Positions 49,027 to 58,565 of a stretch of DNA of 64,000 bases are shown here, in pieces. The notes beneath the pieces are model-generated. The model worked only from the letters and a program-made list of their open reading frames with translations, was not told the origin of the DNA and did no database searches. Each line of letters opens with the position of its first letter. The first letter of the stretch is position 1. A program made the translations under genes and the position numbers. Source of the DNA: an uncultured virus (IMG/VR IMGVR_UViG_3300031539_000018) (taxonomy: Duplodnaviria; Heunggongvirae; Uroviricota; Caudoviricetes); IMG/VR virus record IMGVR_UViG_3300031539_000018, positions 1 through 64,000 of that record, one strand, 5' to 3'.

Positions 49027-49770
49027 GTGAGCGACGGCTGCGGGCGGTTCATAGGGCCATATCCTTGCTGCACCATCATCACGGGTGACGCTAAGGAGCT
49101 TACTCCGGCGATACCGGATGAGAGCGTGGACTTGATAGTGACTGACCCGCCCTACTTCTTGCCAGTTCAGTCCTATGTTGGGGTGCGTGGTGAGGGCTAT
49201 ACGAGGAGGACGCTGGCTGACACGTCGATACTTTCTGGATTCTTTGGGGATCTATTTGCGGATTTGGGCCGTGTTCTAAAGCAGACGGGAAGCGCCTATG
49301 TCTTCTGTGATGGGCAGAGTTACCCGCTGTTCTATCCAGCCATGTTTCCGCACTTCAAGTATGTGCGGCCCCTGATATGGGACAAGATTGTTTCCTACAA
49401 CGGATACACGTGGCGACACCAGCATGAGTTGATTGCGTGGGGCGAAGGAGTGGGGGCGCAGAGGGTTCCCACGGGCGATGGGGACATTCTGAGATGTAGG
49501 GGGGTTCTCCAGAAAGACAGAAGGCATCCCGCAGAAAAGCCACTCGCTCTATTGCAGCAACTCATAGCCAAGCATGAACGGGGGCGGGTTGTATTGGACC
49601 CATTTGTTGGCTCAGGGACCACCCCCATAGCCGCATGGCTAGAGGGCGATCACTACCTCGCCTTCGAGATAGACCCCGACGTAGCAGAGCGGGCGAGGGA
49701 GCGGGTGAGGAACACCCAGCCACCCCTCTTCGTGATGCAGCCAGAGCAGACAATACTAGAACTGGAATGA
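49027..49770 (+). CDS. N6-adenine/N4-cytosine DNA methyltransferase (beta class)
   Basis: TDPPY, HPAEKP, VLDPFVGSGTT. Confidence 0.92.
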   Translation: MSDGCGRFIGPYPCCTIITGDAKELTPAIPDESVDLIVTDPPYFLPVQSYVGVRGEGYTRRTLADTSILSGFFGDLFADLGRVLKQTGSAYVFCDGQSYPLFYPAMFPHFKYVRPLIWDKIVSYNGYTWRHQHELIAWGEGVGAQRVPTGDGDILRCRGVLQKDRRHPAEKPLALLQQLIAKHERGRVVLDPFVGSGTTPIAAWLEGDHYLAFEIDPDVAERARERVRNTQPPLFVMQPEQTILELE

Positions 49771-49780
49771 GGTGTAACCA

Positions 49781-50074
49781 ATGGATAGTAACGTACTCAC
49801 TCACAGCGCGGTGCTCCCAAGGCGCAACGTCAAGCGGCTGCGGCGTTGCCTGAACCCTCAATGCCTCTACGTGGCGGGCGGCGGCAAGATGCCTTTGAAG
49901 ATCACTCGCATTGGCGAGTATACCCGGCTTGGTTGCTCCAAGTGCGGGTCCGTAAGTGTGTTCAACCCGGTAGCGACGGTAAGGCCTGACAAGGCCAGGC
50001 ACATCTTCGTGGCTCGTGACCGTGGGGGCGTGGTGGAGCACATCTTCCCCAAGGCGAGGGTATTGGTACCGTGA
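49781..50074 (+). CDS. hypothetical Zn-ribbon protein
   Basis: CLNPQC...CSKC. Confidence 0.5.
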   Translation: MDSNVLTHSAVLPRRNVKRLRRCLNPQCLYVAGGGKMPLKITRIGEYTRLGCSKCGSVSVFNPVATVRPDKARHIFVARDRGGVVEHIFPKARVLVP

Positions 50075-50550
50075 GAAGGCGTTACTTCGAGTGGGACTAT
50101 GTCGCCAACAGGGTCATTGAGTGGGTGCGTGTGGGTACGTGCTGCCGGTGCGGTGCGTGTTGCCGGGGGTCCATCGGTTACAATTTCGAGAATGTTAAGA
50201 CGTACCATGCGAATAAGGCGGGCGGCTATTATACCACTGGCAGGGGTGTCTGGCAGGAGATCCGTGCGGGCCGGTATCGGCACTTTTTCCGGATGGAGTA
50301 CATGGCCGTGAAGGGGCGGGGGTGGTGTGGCAGTTTCGAGAATGGCCTTTGTGCTGAGTATGAGCATCGGTCCTGGATTTGCCGGGAGTGGCCCTTCTCG
50401 CCCCGGTGCATTGCGCCGTTTGCGGAGTGCACCTATGGGTTCCGTGAGGTAGACCGCTGGCCGTTCGTGGTGGATGTCCCCAAGGATCCGGCAAAAGAGG
50501 GGAAGGATGCTGGCGGTTTTGTTCATGTGCCGCGGAGAGGGGTCCCGTGA
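50071..50550 (+). CDS. YkgJ-like CxxCxxCC cysteine-cluster protein
   Basis: CCRCGACC...C...CAEYEHRSWICREWPF. Confidence 0.75.
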   Translation: MRRRYFEWDYVANRVIEWVRVGTCCRCGACCRGSIGYNFENVKTYHANKAGGYYTTGRGVWQEIRAGRYRHFFRMEYMAVKGRGWCGSFENGLCAEYEHRSWICREWPFSPRCIAPFAECTYGFREVDRWPFVVDVPKDPAKEGKDAGGFVHVPRRGVP

Positions 50551-51215
50551 TCACTAAGCGCCTGGTTTACATCCACGTCTTCCGGACCGGCGGGTACATG
50601 GTGCAGGGGGTCTTGCGAAAGGTCCCTGGCCTGGTGATGGTCTCTGACAGGCCCACGGAGCACCTCACCTATGCACAGATGACCACGGTATGCGCTCAGC
50701 AGCGCATGTCGAGGCCACTGGCTGCTGTGTTCGTTCGCAACCCGTTTGACTGGTACGTGTCGATGTGGTGCTGGGTCAATACGGCCCCGAATGTGCCTTC
50801 CTTCCCTAGCTTCCGGGCATACCTGGGGGCGATTGATGAGAGGCGCTTTGGCATCACGGGAACGGGGCGCAACTACAGCAGATTCACCGACCATTGGAAG
50901 GACATGGGTGCTGACTCAGCAAAGTGGACGGGACGTTTCGAGCGCCTGCAGGAGGACTTCGTGGCCATCATGCTGGAGGCCATGCCTGAACTGGTGAACG
51001 AGAAGATGCTGAGGCGCCTTATAGTCAAGGAACCCATCCATCACCCCAGCAGGCATCCCCAGACCGGCAAGCACCCAGGGGCCTATCAGCAGTACTACGA
51101 TGCGGAGACGAGGGCGCTGGTAGAGGGGTGGGACGGCGCGCTGTTGGAGCGCTTCGGCTACAATTTCGAGGGGGAGGAGGCGGATGATGAAGATTTATCC
51201 CATACCGGTGCCTGA
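50547..51215 (+). CDS. sulfotransferase family protein
   Basis: YIHVFRTGG, VRNPFDWYVS, GRFERLQEDF, YQQYYD, FGY. Confidence 0.82.
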   Translation: MITKRLVYIHVFRTGGYMVQGVLRKVPGLVMVSDRPTEHLTYAQMTTVCAQQRMSRPLAAVFVRNPFDWYVSMWCWVNTAPNVPSFPSFRAYLGAIDERRFGITGTGRNYSRFTDHWKDMGADSAKWTGRFERLQEDFVAIMLEAMPELVNEKMLRRLIVKEPIHHPSRHPQTGKHPGAYQQYYDAETRALVEGWDGALLERFGYNFEGEEADDEDLSHTGA

Positions 51216-52083
51216 CGAGTTCCGGCCTGCCAGTCAGGGCTATGCCATGCCGCCACACTGCCCGGTGGAGGGTTACGGCGTGGAGCAGGACTTCGACCTG
51301 TGGCTCCGGCAGCGCCCTACCATTCTGGCCCCAAGTATTGAGGAAGCTGATTGGTACTACCTACCGGTGTACTGGAATCGTCTTTTTATCGCTACCTGGA
51401 AGTGGGCTCAGGATGAGGCCGCTATTGAGCGGTGCACCCGGTATATCGAGGACCTCCGGGGGGCCTTGGACTTCTCGCGGGTGTTCACCGTCTGCGAGTG
51501 GGACCTGACCACGGAACGGCAGGAGATCGGGATTGGGGAGATGACCGTGCTCACGGCAGGGCGGCGGGACCACACGGGCATCGATGTCCCTTTGCTCTGC
51601 GCGCCCCATGGTGTCCCTCCCATGCAATATGCCAAGCGGCACCTGGCGTCGTTCGTGGGCAACGTCGGAACCTCCGGCTGGCGTCAGGCCATGCAGGAGG
51701 CCCTAGAGGTCTATGACGGGTGCCTGATTGAGCACGCGCAGAACGGTTCCGCCTACTTCCGGGACGTGATGACTGAGAGCTACGTAGCCCTGGCCCCCAG
51801 GGGGCACCGGGGTCAATCGTTCAGGTTCTACGAGGCCATGGACATGGGCGTGGCCCCGGTGCTGATCGGCGACATGGACACGCGGCCCTTCAAGAACTGG
51901 ATTGATTGGGACTCATGCTCGTACTACGTGCCTGACGCCTCGGAGTTGCCGGGGTTCCTAGACGGCCTTGATTTGGAGGACGCGCTTCGTCGCGGTGTAC
52001 GGGCGGCGCAGGTGTATCATGAGGAGCTGCGGTTTGGAAGGTGGTGCCGGTTCGTTGTGCCGGAGCTTTTGAGCGTGCCGTGA
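51184..52083 (+). CDS. exostosin-like (GT47) glycosyltransferase
   Basis: EEADWYYLPVY, LASFVG, ALAPRG..GQSFRFYEAMDMGVAPVLI, PF..WIDW. Confidence 0.85.
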   Translation: MMKIYPIPVPDEFRPASQGYAMPPHCPVEGYGVEQDFDLWLRQRPTILAPSIEEADWYYLPVYWNRLFIATWKWAQDEAAIERCTRYIEDLRGALDFSRVFTVCEWDLTTERQEIGIGEMTVLTAGRRDHTGIDVPLLCAPHGVPPMQYAKRHLASFVGNVGTSGWRQAMQEALEVYDGCLIEHAQNGSAYFRDVMTESYVALAPRGHRGQSFRFYEAMDMGVAPVLIGDMDTRPFKNWIDWDSCSYYVPDASELPGFLDGLDLEDALRRGVRAAQVYHEELRFGRWCRFVVPELLSVP

Positions 52084-52089
52084 ACTCCT

Positions 52090-52153
52090 GCCGCCTTGCC
52101 AGGGGCGGCGCGTTTCCTCCTTTCTTTGGGGGGCAGGGCCGGGCCTGCCCCCC
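52090..52153 (+). terminator. two hairpins ending the glycan operon
   Basis: GCCGCC...GGCGGC (52090-52109) with a pyrimidine tract; GGGGGGCAGG/CCTGCCCCCC (52128-52153). Confidence 0.55.
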
Positions 52154-52376
52154 GCTTCATTACTGGTGATTCCCGGCGATAAGGATTCTGGCCTGTTTCT
52201 CCCTCTGGACTTGCATGTAAACGACGCTATTCTGTTTTGTTTGCGACCTTGCTTTTGGGCGTCATTAGCGGCGCCCTGGCGGGCGCTGGCGGTTTTTGTG
52301 GCAGAATAGGTCTCTTGGTATCCTCGAAACGGCAGAACGACGCACAGTGAATCATGTTATAATAGCAAACTGGTAC

Positions 52377-52405
52377 TTGACAAAAAACAAACAACCTGTT
52401 ATAAT
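52377..52405 (+). promoter_or_regulatory. consensus sigma70 promoter (likely early promoter)
   Basis: TTGACA, 17 nt, TATAAT with extended TG; AT-rich context. Confidence 0.88.
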
Positions 52406-52435
52406 ATAAGTAGAATGAAGAAGCAGGAGGGGGCA

Positions 52436-52930
52436 ATGGGGAGCGAGATCAAGGACCTGAGGGTTTGGAAGAGAAACGGCGGCAAAGAAGTCAGATATTA
52501 TGTCCACACGGTCGATGGCCGCGAAGGTTGCCACTACGTGACCGGCAATCACTGGAATGAGGCGGGGAGTTACAGCGGCGATATGACCGAGGCGGAGTGG
52601 GCAGAAGCTCTTGAGATCGCAACCTGGGACGGTACAGTTCACACGGTTTACGAAGACCGGGTGAACCAGGCCAAAGCCAATGCAGATGTCGGGGAACCGG
52701 TGAAGCGGGAATCGCAGTCGCGCAAGAACGCCTACGCGGGGGTTTGCATCTACTGTGGTCGATCAGTTCCGGCGCGGTCAGGCGAATTGCTCTACATCGG
52801 CGAGGGCGACGAATACGCATTTCAGAATGCCCGGTTCGGTGGTTTTGGCTGGCAAGTCAAGTGTGCCGGTGGTTGTCTCTCGGTAGCGTCGGGAGCAGCG
52901 ACGGGCAGCGAAGAATCAATCACAGCATAG
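52436..52930 (+). CDS. hypothetical early protein
   Basis: SD GGAGG; NAYAGVCIYCG Zn-ribbon-like C-terminus. Confidence 0.6.
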   Translation: MGSEIKDLRVWKRNGGKEVRYYVHTVDGREGCHYVTGNHWNEAGSYSGDMTEAEWAEALEIATWDGTVHTVYEDRVNQAKANADVGEPVKRESQSRKNAYAGVCIYCGRSVPARSGELLYIGEGDEYAFQNARFGGFGWQVKCAGGCLSVASGAATGSEESITA

Positions 52931-53708
52931 CAATGAGGAGGAGAGGACAATGGCACAGAGAGTCTATCGCAATCCCGATGCAGTTCTCAGGGCCGCGCAA
53001 CGCAAGCTAGGGGGCAGGCTGGCAACTGACACCGGCTCGCCAGTTCTGCATCTCTCGCAGCGCAGCTCAGTCCACGGCGCAGTTGTAGACACATATCTAT
53101 CGCCTAGCCAGGCGGCTGAGTGCGCTGGACTGGACTACCTGCCACATGACCAAGCATAGCCACGGCGGAACCTATACATAGAGAGGAGAAGATACAATGA
53201 CACACCCTTGGGAAGATGTGGGGGGAACGCTCTGCCCTGAGTGCGGAGAGCCAACGGGTACTGTGATGCGTTCGGCTAGGGAGGAGAGGCCGAGTGGCCC
53301 GCTTGGGTTGCTTATCATGATGAGAAGTACCTGGTCGATGCTGTTCGCGAGAAGGTCGAGAGGGCCGCATGGGCAGTAGCCGATGCCAAGATGGAGGGAA
53401 ACGATGGCTAACGTGTCGCAGGAAGAGTTCGACAGGGTCCTGGCGGAGGTGGAGCGCAAGACCTGCTTCCGGTTCACGGCGGGTACGCGGAACCCCACGT
53501 CAACTGCGTTCATGGTGCCAGTCGCGTCCGACGGCAAAACTCCCATGGGCAGCGCCACAGAGTTTTCCTGGAAGCAGTTGGTGGGTATGTCCAAACTTCC
53601 CGAGAGACCCAAGTAGCCGATAACCGGGGGCAACCCCGGTCACCCGCGATGCCGCCGTGCGGGTCCGATGAGGCAGAGGGCGGCAACGGAGGACAGAGGA
53701 GGCTACCA

Positions 53709-54362
53709 ATGACTGCACTGACTCTCGATGAACAAAGTCTCAAGACATGGCAGCGGCTGCGCCCCACGCACAAGCAGATACTGAGCCTGGGCACCAACCC
53801 CAAGCAGTTCATGCACGTGCAGATGGGCCAACTGGAGGCCTGGGGCAATGGCTTTATGCTACTGGTGGGGAACTCGCCGGATGTGCCGTGCGTGGACGAG
53901 AGAGAACGCACGGACTGGACCAACAAGCAGCATCTCCTGAAGCCGGGTTCTTGCCCTATGGATCCGCTGCTCTACGTGGAGGCCGACGGCTACAGCACGC
54001 GGGATAGGTCCCTGCTCATCATGGCTATGCTGTCGCCCACGGATGGGGCCGTGCTGGAGCACCTGACCGTCAATGCCCGCATGGCGCTCTTCATAGAACG
54101 CGAGTACAGAGCACGGTTCCCCGAGGACTGGATACTTGGCTGGCGGGGTAACTTATCGGCGGAGGCGCACATGCACGGCTGCGCCAAGGTACACCCGAGG
54201 CCGCTGACGTACTGCGTGCGGGGTCCGGCGGAGGATGGCTGGATTGGGGCAGGGGTGCTCATGCCCAGGACGGCGGGCTTTGTGAGGGCTAGGGACGGCT
54301 CCCAGGCGGTGCGGTATGATAGTGGGACTAGGATGTATCATCGTGAGGCACCTGGCGTATAG
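53709..54362 (+). CDS. hypothetical protein
   Basis: SD GGAGG before ATG 53709. Confidence 0.55.
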   Translation: MTALTLDEQSLKTWQRLRPTHKQILSLGTNPKQFMHVQMGQLEAWGNGFMLLVGNSPDVPCVDERERTDWTNKQHLLKPGSCPMDPLLYVEADGYSTRDRSLLIMAMLSPTDGAVLEHLTVNARMALFIEREYRARFPEDWILGWRGNLSAEAHMHGCAKVHPRPLTYCVRGPAEDGWIGAGVLMPRTAGFVRARDGSQAVRYDSGTRMYHREAPGV

Positions 54363-54399
54363 GAAGGCTTTGAGATTATGAGAGAGGGAGGATGGTGAT

Positions 54400-54657
54400 A
54401 TGACCCGCATGATAGAACCGTATAATGCGAGATCTCTGGAACCTGGCGATGTGATGGTGCGCACAGTGGCAGTGCATGTACTTCCGGGGCGTCAGGATGG
54501 TGAGCTGCTATATCGTGTGTACGTTTGCGCGTGGTCTGACCCGCCCCTGAGTGATGGGGTGCCGCAGGGTACGCGCATCTATGATGAGGGGGGCAAGGTA
54601 GCACAACAGCTATGCCCGATCATCGGCTACGTCGGGGCCAAACCTGACCTGGGCTGA
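54400..54657 (+). CDS. hypothetical protein
   Basis: SD GGAGG. Confidence 0.5.
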   Translation: MTRMIEPYNARSLEPGDVMVRTVAVHVLPGRQDGELLYRVYVCAWSDPPLSDGVPQGTRIYDEGGKVAQQLCPIIGYVGAKPDLG

Positions 54658-54712
54658 TGTTTTGCTGGCAAAGGAAACTGTGGGCTGCGCTTTTGCGCAA
54701 AAGGAGGGAGAG

Positions 54713-55075
54713 ATGGACTGCTTTCTGGAATCACTAAGTGTGGCAATGAGCTGTGGGGTGGTTCTCGGTCTTTTGCTACTAGCGGCTGTACTCGGGTTTG
54801 GCATAGCGGGTGAGCTGGGCCTCATTGCCCCAATAGGAAATGAGAAGCCAAACCGGCGCTGGCTTGAGAGGCAACGGGGTTATAACCTGCCCAACATGCC
54901 CAACAGGACCCCGGCACAGATAATCCGGTTCCTTTGTCATGAGTATGCCGCGTGCCGCAAAAACGAGAGGTACTTCAAGGCGAAGGGTTATTCTGCAGAG
55001 GCTCATCAGTATCGCATGTGGGCAGGCTATCTCAGGATAGCGATTGTAGATCTCAAGAGAGGCCGCACGAAATAG
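54713..55075 (+). CDS. hypothetical membrane protein
   Basis: N-terminal hydrophobic helix; SD GGAGG. Confidence 0.5.
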   Translation: MDCFLESLSVAMSCGVVLGLLLLAAVLGFGIAGELGLIAPIGNEKPNRRWLERQRGYNLPNMPNRTPAQIIRFLCHEYAACRKNERYFKAKGYSAEAHQYRMWAGYLRIAIVDLKRGRTK

Positions 55076-55086
55076 GGAGATGGGCG

Positions 55087-55314
55087 ATGCCAGATAAGTT
55101 TCGGGGCCAGTATCCGACGGTGCCCTGTGTGGAACAGCGCCTTGAGGAGTACCTGGATAAAGAGGACCGCTGCGTCCTGGAGGACGACTACTGGTGGGAG
55201 ATGCAGGACGCGGCGGCTGACAGCGGGGTGGACGTGATGATCCTGGTGGAGGAGATACCGTTTGAGAAGTGGCTGCGGGCCAGGAGGGAGGGGCGTGGTG
55301 ACCGCGAAAGCTAG
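55087..55314 (+). CDS. hypothetical protein
   Basis: SD GGGAG; acidic. Confidence 0.45.
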   Translation: MPDKFRGQYPTVPCVEQRLEEYLDKEDRCVLEDDYWWEMQDAAADSGVDVMILVEEIPFEKWLRARREGRGDRES

Positions 55315-55807
55315 TCGTGTCAAGAGGGCGCGGGCCATGGTGGACCTGGGTGCGGTGTCGGTCCTGCGGAAGAAGAAAGGGAACCGGCAACGGGCCTGGC
55401 GTATGCCCAGCGCCTCCGTGATGGGTAGCTGGTACGAGGTCTTTGCCAAGTTCGTGGCGGACAATGGCATAGTCCGGGCGTGGTTCTTCTGCAACCATAT
55501 TCACCCGTGGGGTGACTGCGAACCTGATTCTAGCCCTACGCTCCCTACAGAGTTGGGCGGAAACTACGCATCTATGGAGAAGTGCGACGGCAACCGCAAC
55601 ACGGTCTGCTATCACTGCCTGGCGGCCATGGTCAAACTGGCCAAAGGCCGCCGGATGACCGTGCAGTTTGTGGACAGCCGCCGGAAGGCTCAGGCGCTTG
55701 CGCGGCTGGGGACGGTGGTGGAGATGTGTGGGGAGGGGCAGGTGAAGCCGAAGGTGTGGGCTGTGATGCGCAAGCGAGGAAGGAAGAGGAGGAAGTGCAG
55801 TGGCTAA
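55295..55807 (+). CDS. SWIM-like Zn-finger protein
   Basis: PSAS...YEV...C...CDGNRNTVCYHCLAA. Confidence 0.55.
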   Translation: MVTAKASRVKRARAMVDLGAVSVLRKKKGNRQRAWRMPSASVMGSWYEVFAKFVADNGIVRAWFFCNHIHPWGDCEPDSSPTLPTELGGNYASMEKCDGNRNTVCYHCLAAMVKLAKGRRMTVQFVDSRRKAQALARLGTVVEMCGEGQVKPKVWAVMRKRGRKRRKCSG

Positions 55808-56201
55808 ACCGCGGTTCCGGCGCGGGTTCAAGCAGCACCGCCTCCGTGCTCGGTACGTATGTCCCAAGTGCAGGCGCGTGGCTTACTACCCGTGCTACCT
55901 AGACGGGCCGGGGGAGCGGATTCGTGGGCGTCCCAAGGAAGACTACTGCACCTGCGGGGCGCTCACCGAGTATTGGGGATTCACGAGCCGCTACAAGGGC
56001 ACGGTGCCCTACGCCTGGGGTGGGCGGTGGATGCGGGATTGTAAGGACTGTAAGAAGTCTACGGAGCATGCCCGCATGGACGAAGGGGGCAAGTTGTGCC
56101 GCTGTATGGAGTGTGGCCAGCAGCGGCATCTCGACGATGAAGAGGAGAAGCGTCGGGAGGAGTCCCAGAATTGGACCGCAACAGACATTTGGGGAGAGTG
56201 A
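55800..56201 (+). CDS. Cys-rich Zn-binding protein
   Basis: CPKC, CTCG, CKDC, CMEC. Confidence 0.55.
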   Translation: MAKPRFRRGFKQHRLRARYVCPKCRRVAYYPCYLDGPGERIRGRPKEDYCTCGALTEYWGFTSRYKGTVPYAWGGRWMRDCKDCKKSTEHARMDEGGKLCRCMECGQQRHLDDEEEKRREESQNWTATDIWGE

Positions 56202-56207
56202 GGAAAC

Positions 56208-57407
56208 GTGATGAAAGAGTACTCAATCTGGCAAGAGCAGACCTTAGCTGTAATGACGGCTATGCAGGCCAACGTGCCTGCGCTCATCTTAGGGGTGCCC
56301 GGCATCGCCAAGACGGCGTTCCTGAAAGCGGCTACGAAGGCCCTGGGATGGGATTTGTACGTGTTTATGGGCAGTATCCGGCAGCCCTCGGACATCATTG
56401 GCTACCTGGCCCCGGACTTGGAGCGCCGGGTGACTTTGGAGCTGCCCCTGGAGTGGGCGCGTAGCATCAGCGACCGCGCCACCGAGGGTCATGTGACTGT
56501 GGTGTTTCTTGAGGAGCTGACTACGGTGTTCCCTGCGATGCAGGCGGCACAACTCCGGTTCGTGCATGAGCGGTGCGTAGGCGATTGCTACCTTGGTGAT
56601 AGCACCCGCATTGTGGCGGCTGCGAACCCGCCGGAGATGGCCCCTGGGGGATTTCAACTGTCACCGCCTATGGCTAACCGGTTGCTGCATCTGGGGTGGC
56701 AGGAGGACGCGGCGCATTGGGCCGACAATATGCTGCTAGACTTCCCGGCCCCGGTGCTGCCTACGTTTGATGCGGCCAAGGCGGCGGAGTCCCGTGAGCG
56801 GTGGAAGGGGTTGATTTACGCCTACATCATGGGATACCGTCGGCAGCACTTGGTGGTCATGCCTGTGGATCGGGAGGGCCGTGTGGATGAGGAGAAGGCG
56901 TCTGGGCCGTGGGCCAGTGAGCGGTCCTGGTATGAGTACCTGCTGCCCTGTTTGTCCTGGCTGGATGCTGTGCGGGGCATCTCTAAGCAACTCTATGAGA
57001 GCGTGCGGGAGCGGTTGGCGGTGGGGTCTATTGGTGCAGTGGGTGCGGAGTTCCTTCTGTGGTCCGATAACCTGGACCTCACCTCGGCGGAGGACATGCT
57101 CAAGCAGGGGTCCAAGTACGTGGTGCCGGACCGCCAGGACAGGGCCTATGCGGAGCTGGCGAACCTGGCGATTTACGTGTCCGGCAAGAAGATCACGCCG
57201 AAGATTTGGGTAGCGGCCTGGAATGTATTTGCGGCTGCGGCGGACCAGGGCAAGACGGGCACGGCTGCGGCTGCGGCGCGGTCCCTAGCGTCCAAGGCCA
57301 GGGCTGACCTACCCCCGGTTTACGAACAGATAGCGCGGTTTCAACCTTTGCTGGAGCGTGCGAAGATGATACCGAAACTGGATGATGACGCGGCGATGGA
57401 ACTGTGA
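56208..57407 (+). CDS. MoxR-like AAA+ ATPase
   Basis: GVPGIAKT, VVFLEEL, IVAAANP, LSPPMANR. Confidence 0.88.
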   Translation: MMKEYSIWQEQTLAVMTAMQANVPALILGVPGIAKTAFLKAATKALGWDLYVFMGSIRQPSDIIGYLAPDLERRVTLELPLEWARSISDRATEGHVTVVFLEELTTVFPAMQAAQLRFVHERCVGDCYLGDSTRIVAAANPPEMAPGGFQLSPPMANRLLHLGWQEDAAHWADNMLLDFPAPVLPTFDAAKAAESRERWKGLIYAYIMGYRRQHLVVMPVDREGRVDEEKASGPWASERSWYEYLLPCLSWLDAVRGISKQLYESVRERLAVGSIGAVGAEFLLWSDNLDLTSAEDMLKQGSKYVVPDRQDRAYAELANLAIYVSGKKITPKIWVAAWNVFAAAADQGKTGTAAAAARSLASKARADLPPVYEQIARFQPLLERAKMIPKLDDDAAMEL

Positions 57408-57421
57408 GGAGGTAGGAGAAG

Positions 57422-58300
57422 ATGGGCAAGACGAGGATTGAGTGGGCTGATGAGAGCTGGAATCCAATCACGGGCTGCACCCATGCGGGTACTCCCGGCT
57501 GCGACAACTGCTATGCCCGGCGCATGGCACAGAGACTGGCGGGGCGGTTCGGGTATCCCGAGAAGCCACATCAGTTCGACGTGACGTTTCACCAGGACAA
57601 GCTGGATGAACCGCTGAGTTGGAGGAAGCCGAGAGTGGTGTTCGTGTGCTCGATGGGGGACCTGTTTCACCAGGATGTGACCTGGGAGCAGAGGGGCGAT
57701 GTGTGGCAGGCGATGTATGAGGCTCCACAGCATACCTTCTTGGTACTGACCAAGCGGCCAGCGGAGATGCGCGATTGGTTCATTGGCTATTGGCAAGAGG
57801 CAGTTGCGACCAGCGACGAGCTAATTCTATCCAACGTCTACCTCGGCGTCTCGGTCGAAACCCAAGACCAGATGTGGCGGGTCGAGGAGCTGGTCAAGAT
57901 ACCGGGCAAGCACTGGGTGAACTTCGGCCCGCTGTTGGGGCCCGTCACGATCCCCCCTGAGCTACTAGCACGACTTGCTGGCGCAGCCGTGGAGGGCGAA
58001 TCAGGGCCAGGGGCTAGGCCAATGCACCCCGACTGGGCACGAAACATCAGAGATCAATGCGTAGCAGCAGAGATTCCATTTTCGTTCAAGCAATGGGGGG
58101 AGTGGGGGCCAACTTCCTACGGTGGTTCCTATGAGCGCTATCACGCATTCACAAGACCACTACCGCCGGATCCTGCACGTATGATGGTTGAGGCTCAGGT
58201 ATACCGTGTTGGAAAGGCCCAGGCAGGCCGACTACTCGACGGGCAGCTCTGGAATCAGTGGCCGTGGGATGTGATAGGGGACATGGAGCATGGTGAGTGA
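57422..58300 (+). CDS. phage Gp37/Gp68 family (DUF5131) protein
   Basis: TRIEWADESWNPITGC...PGCDNCYA, FVCSMGDLFH, LTKRP, GESGPGARP, FKQWG. Confidence 0.92.
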   Translation: MGKTRIEWADESWNPITGCTHAGTPGCDNCYARRMAQRLAGRFGYPEKPHQFDVTFHQDKLDEPLSWRKPRVVFVCSMGDLFHQDVTWEQRGDVWQAMYEAPQHTFLVLTKRPAEMRDWFIGYWQEAVATSDELILSNVYLGVSVETQDQMWRVEELVKIPGKHWVNFGPLLGPVTIPPELLARLAGAAVEGESGPGARPMHPDWARNIRDQCVAAEIPFSFKQWGEWGPTSYGGSYERYHAFTRPLPPDPARMMVEAQVYRVGKAQAGRLLDGQLWNQWPWDVIGDMEHGE

Positions 58301-58565
58301 GGAAGAAATGAGGAAGATCATGAGGGGTGTGCAAGCCATCGGTCGAAATAATACGGGCGTGGAAGAGGCCGCTCAGCTCCTCGCCGAAGCGATGAAGGAA
58401 GATGTGGTGTACGAAAGCACAGGGGTTGCTGACTATGATGGATGCTGTGTTCGCCTGGGCTGTGGAACTGAGCTTATCTTAGGTCCTGATGATGAGTGGG
58501 ACATTCTTGACGGCCGGCAGTACCACGTGACCGTGACGGAAGAACCTACCAATGACCAACCGTGA
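58290..58565 (+). CDS. hypothetical protein
   Basis: Overlaps both neighbours. Confidence 0.5.
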   Translation: MVSEEEMRKIMRGVQAIGRNNTGVEEAAQLLAEAMKEDVVYESTGVADYDGCCVRLGCGTELILGPDDEWDILDGRQYHVTVTEEPTNDQP

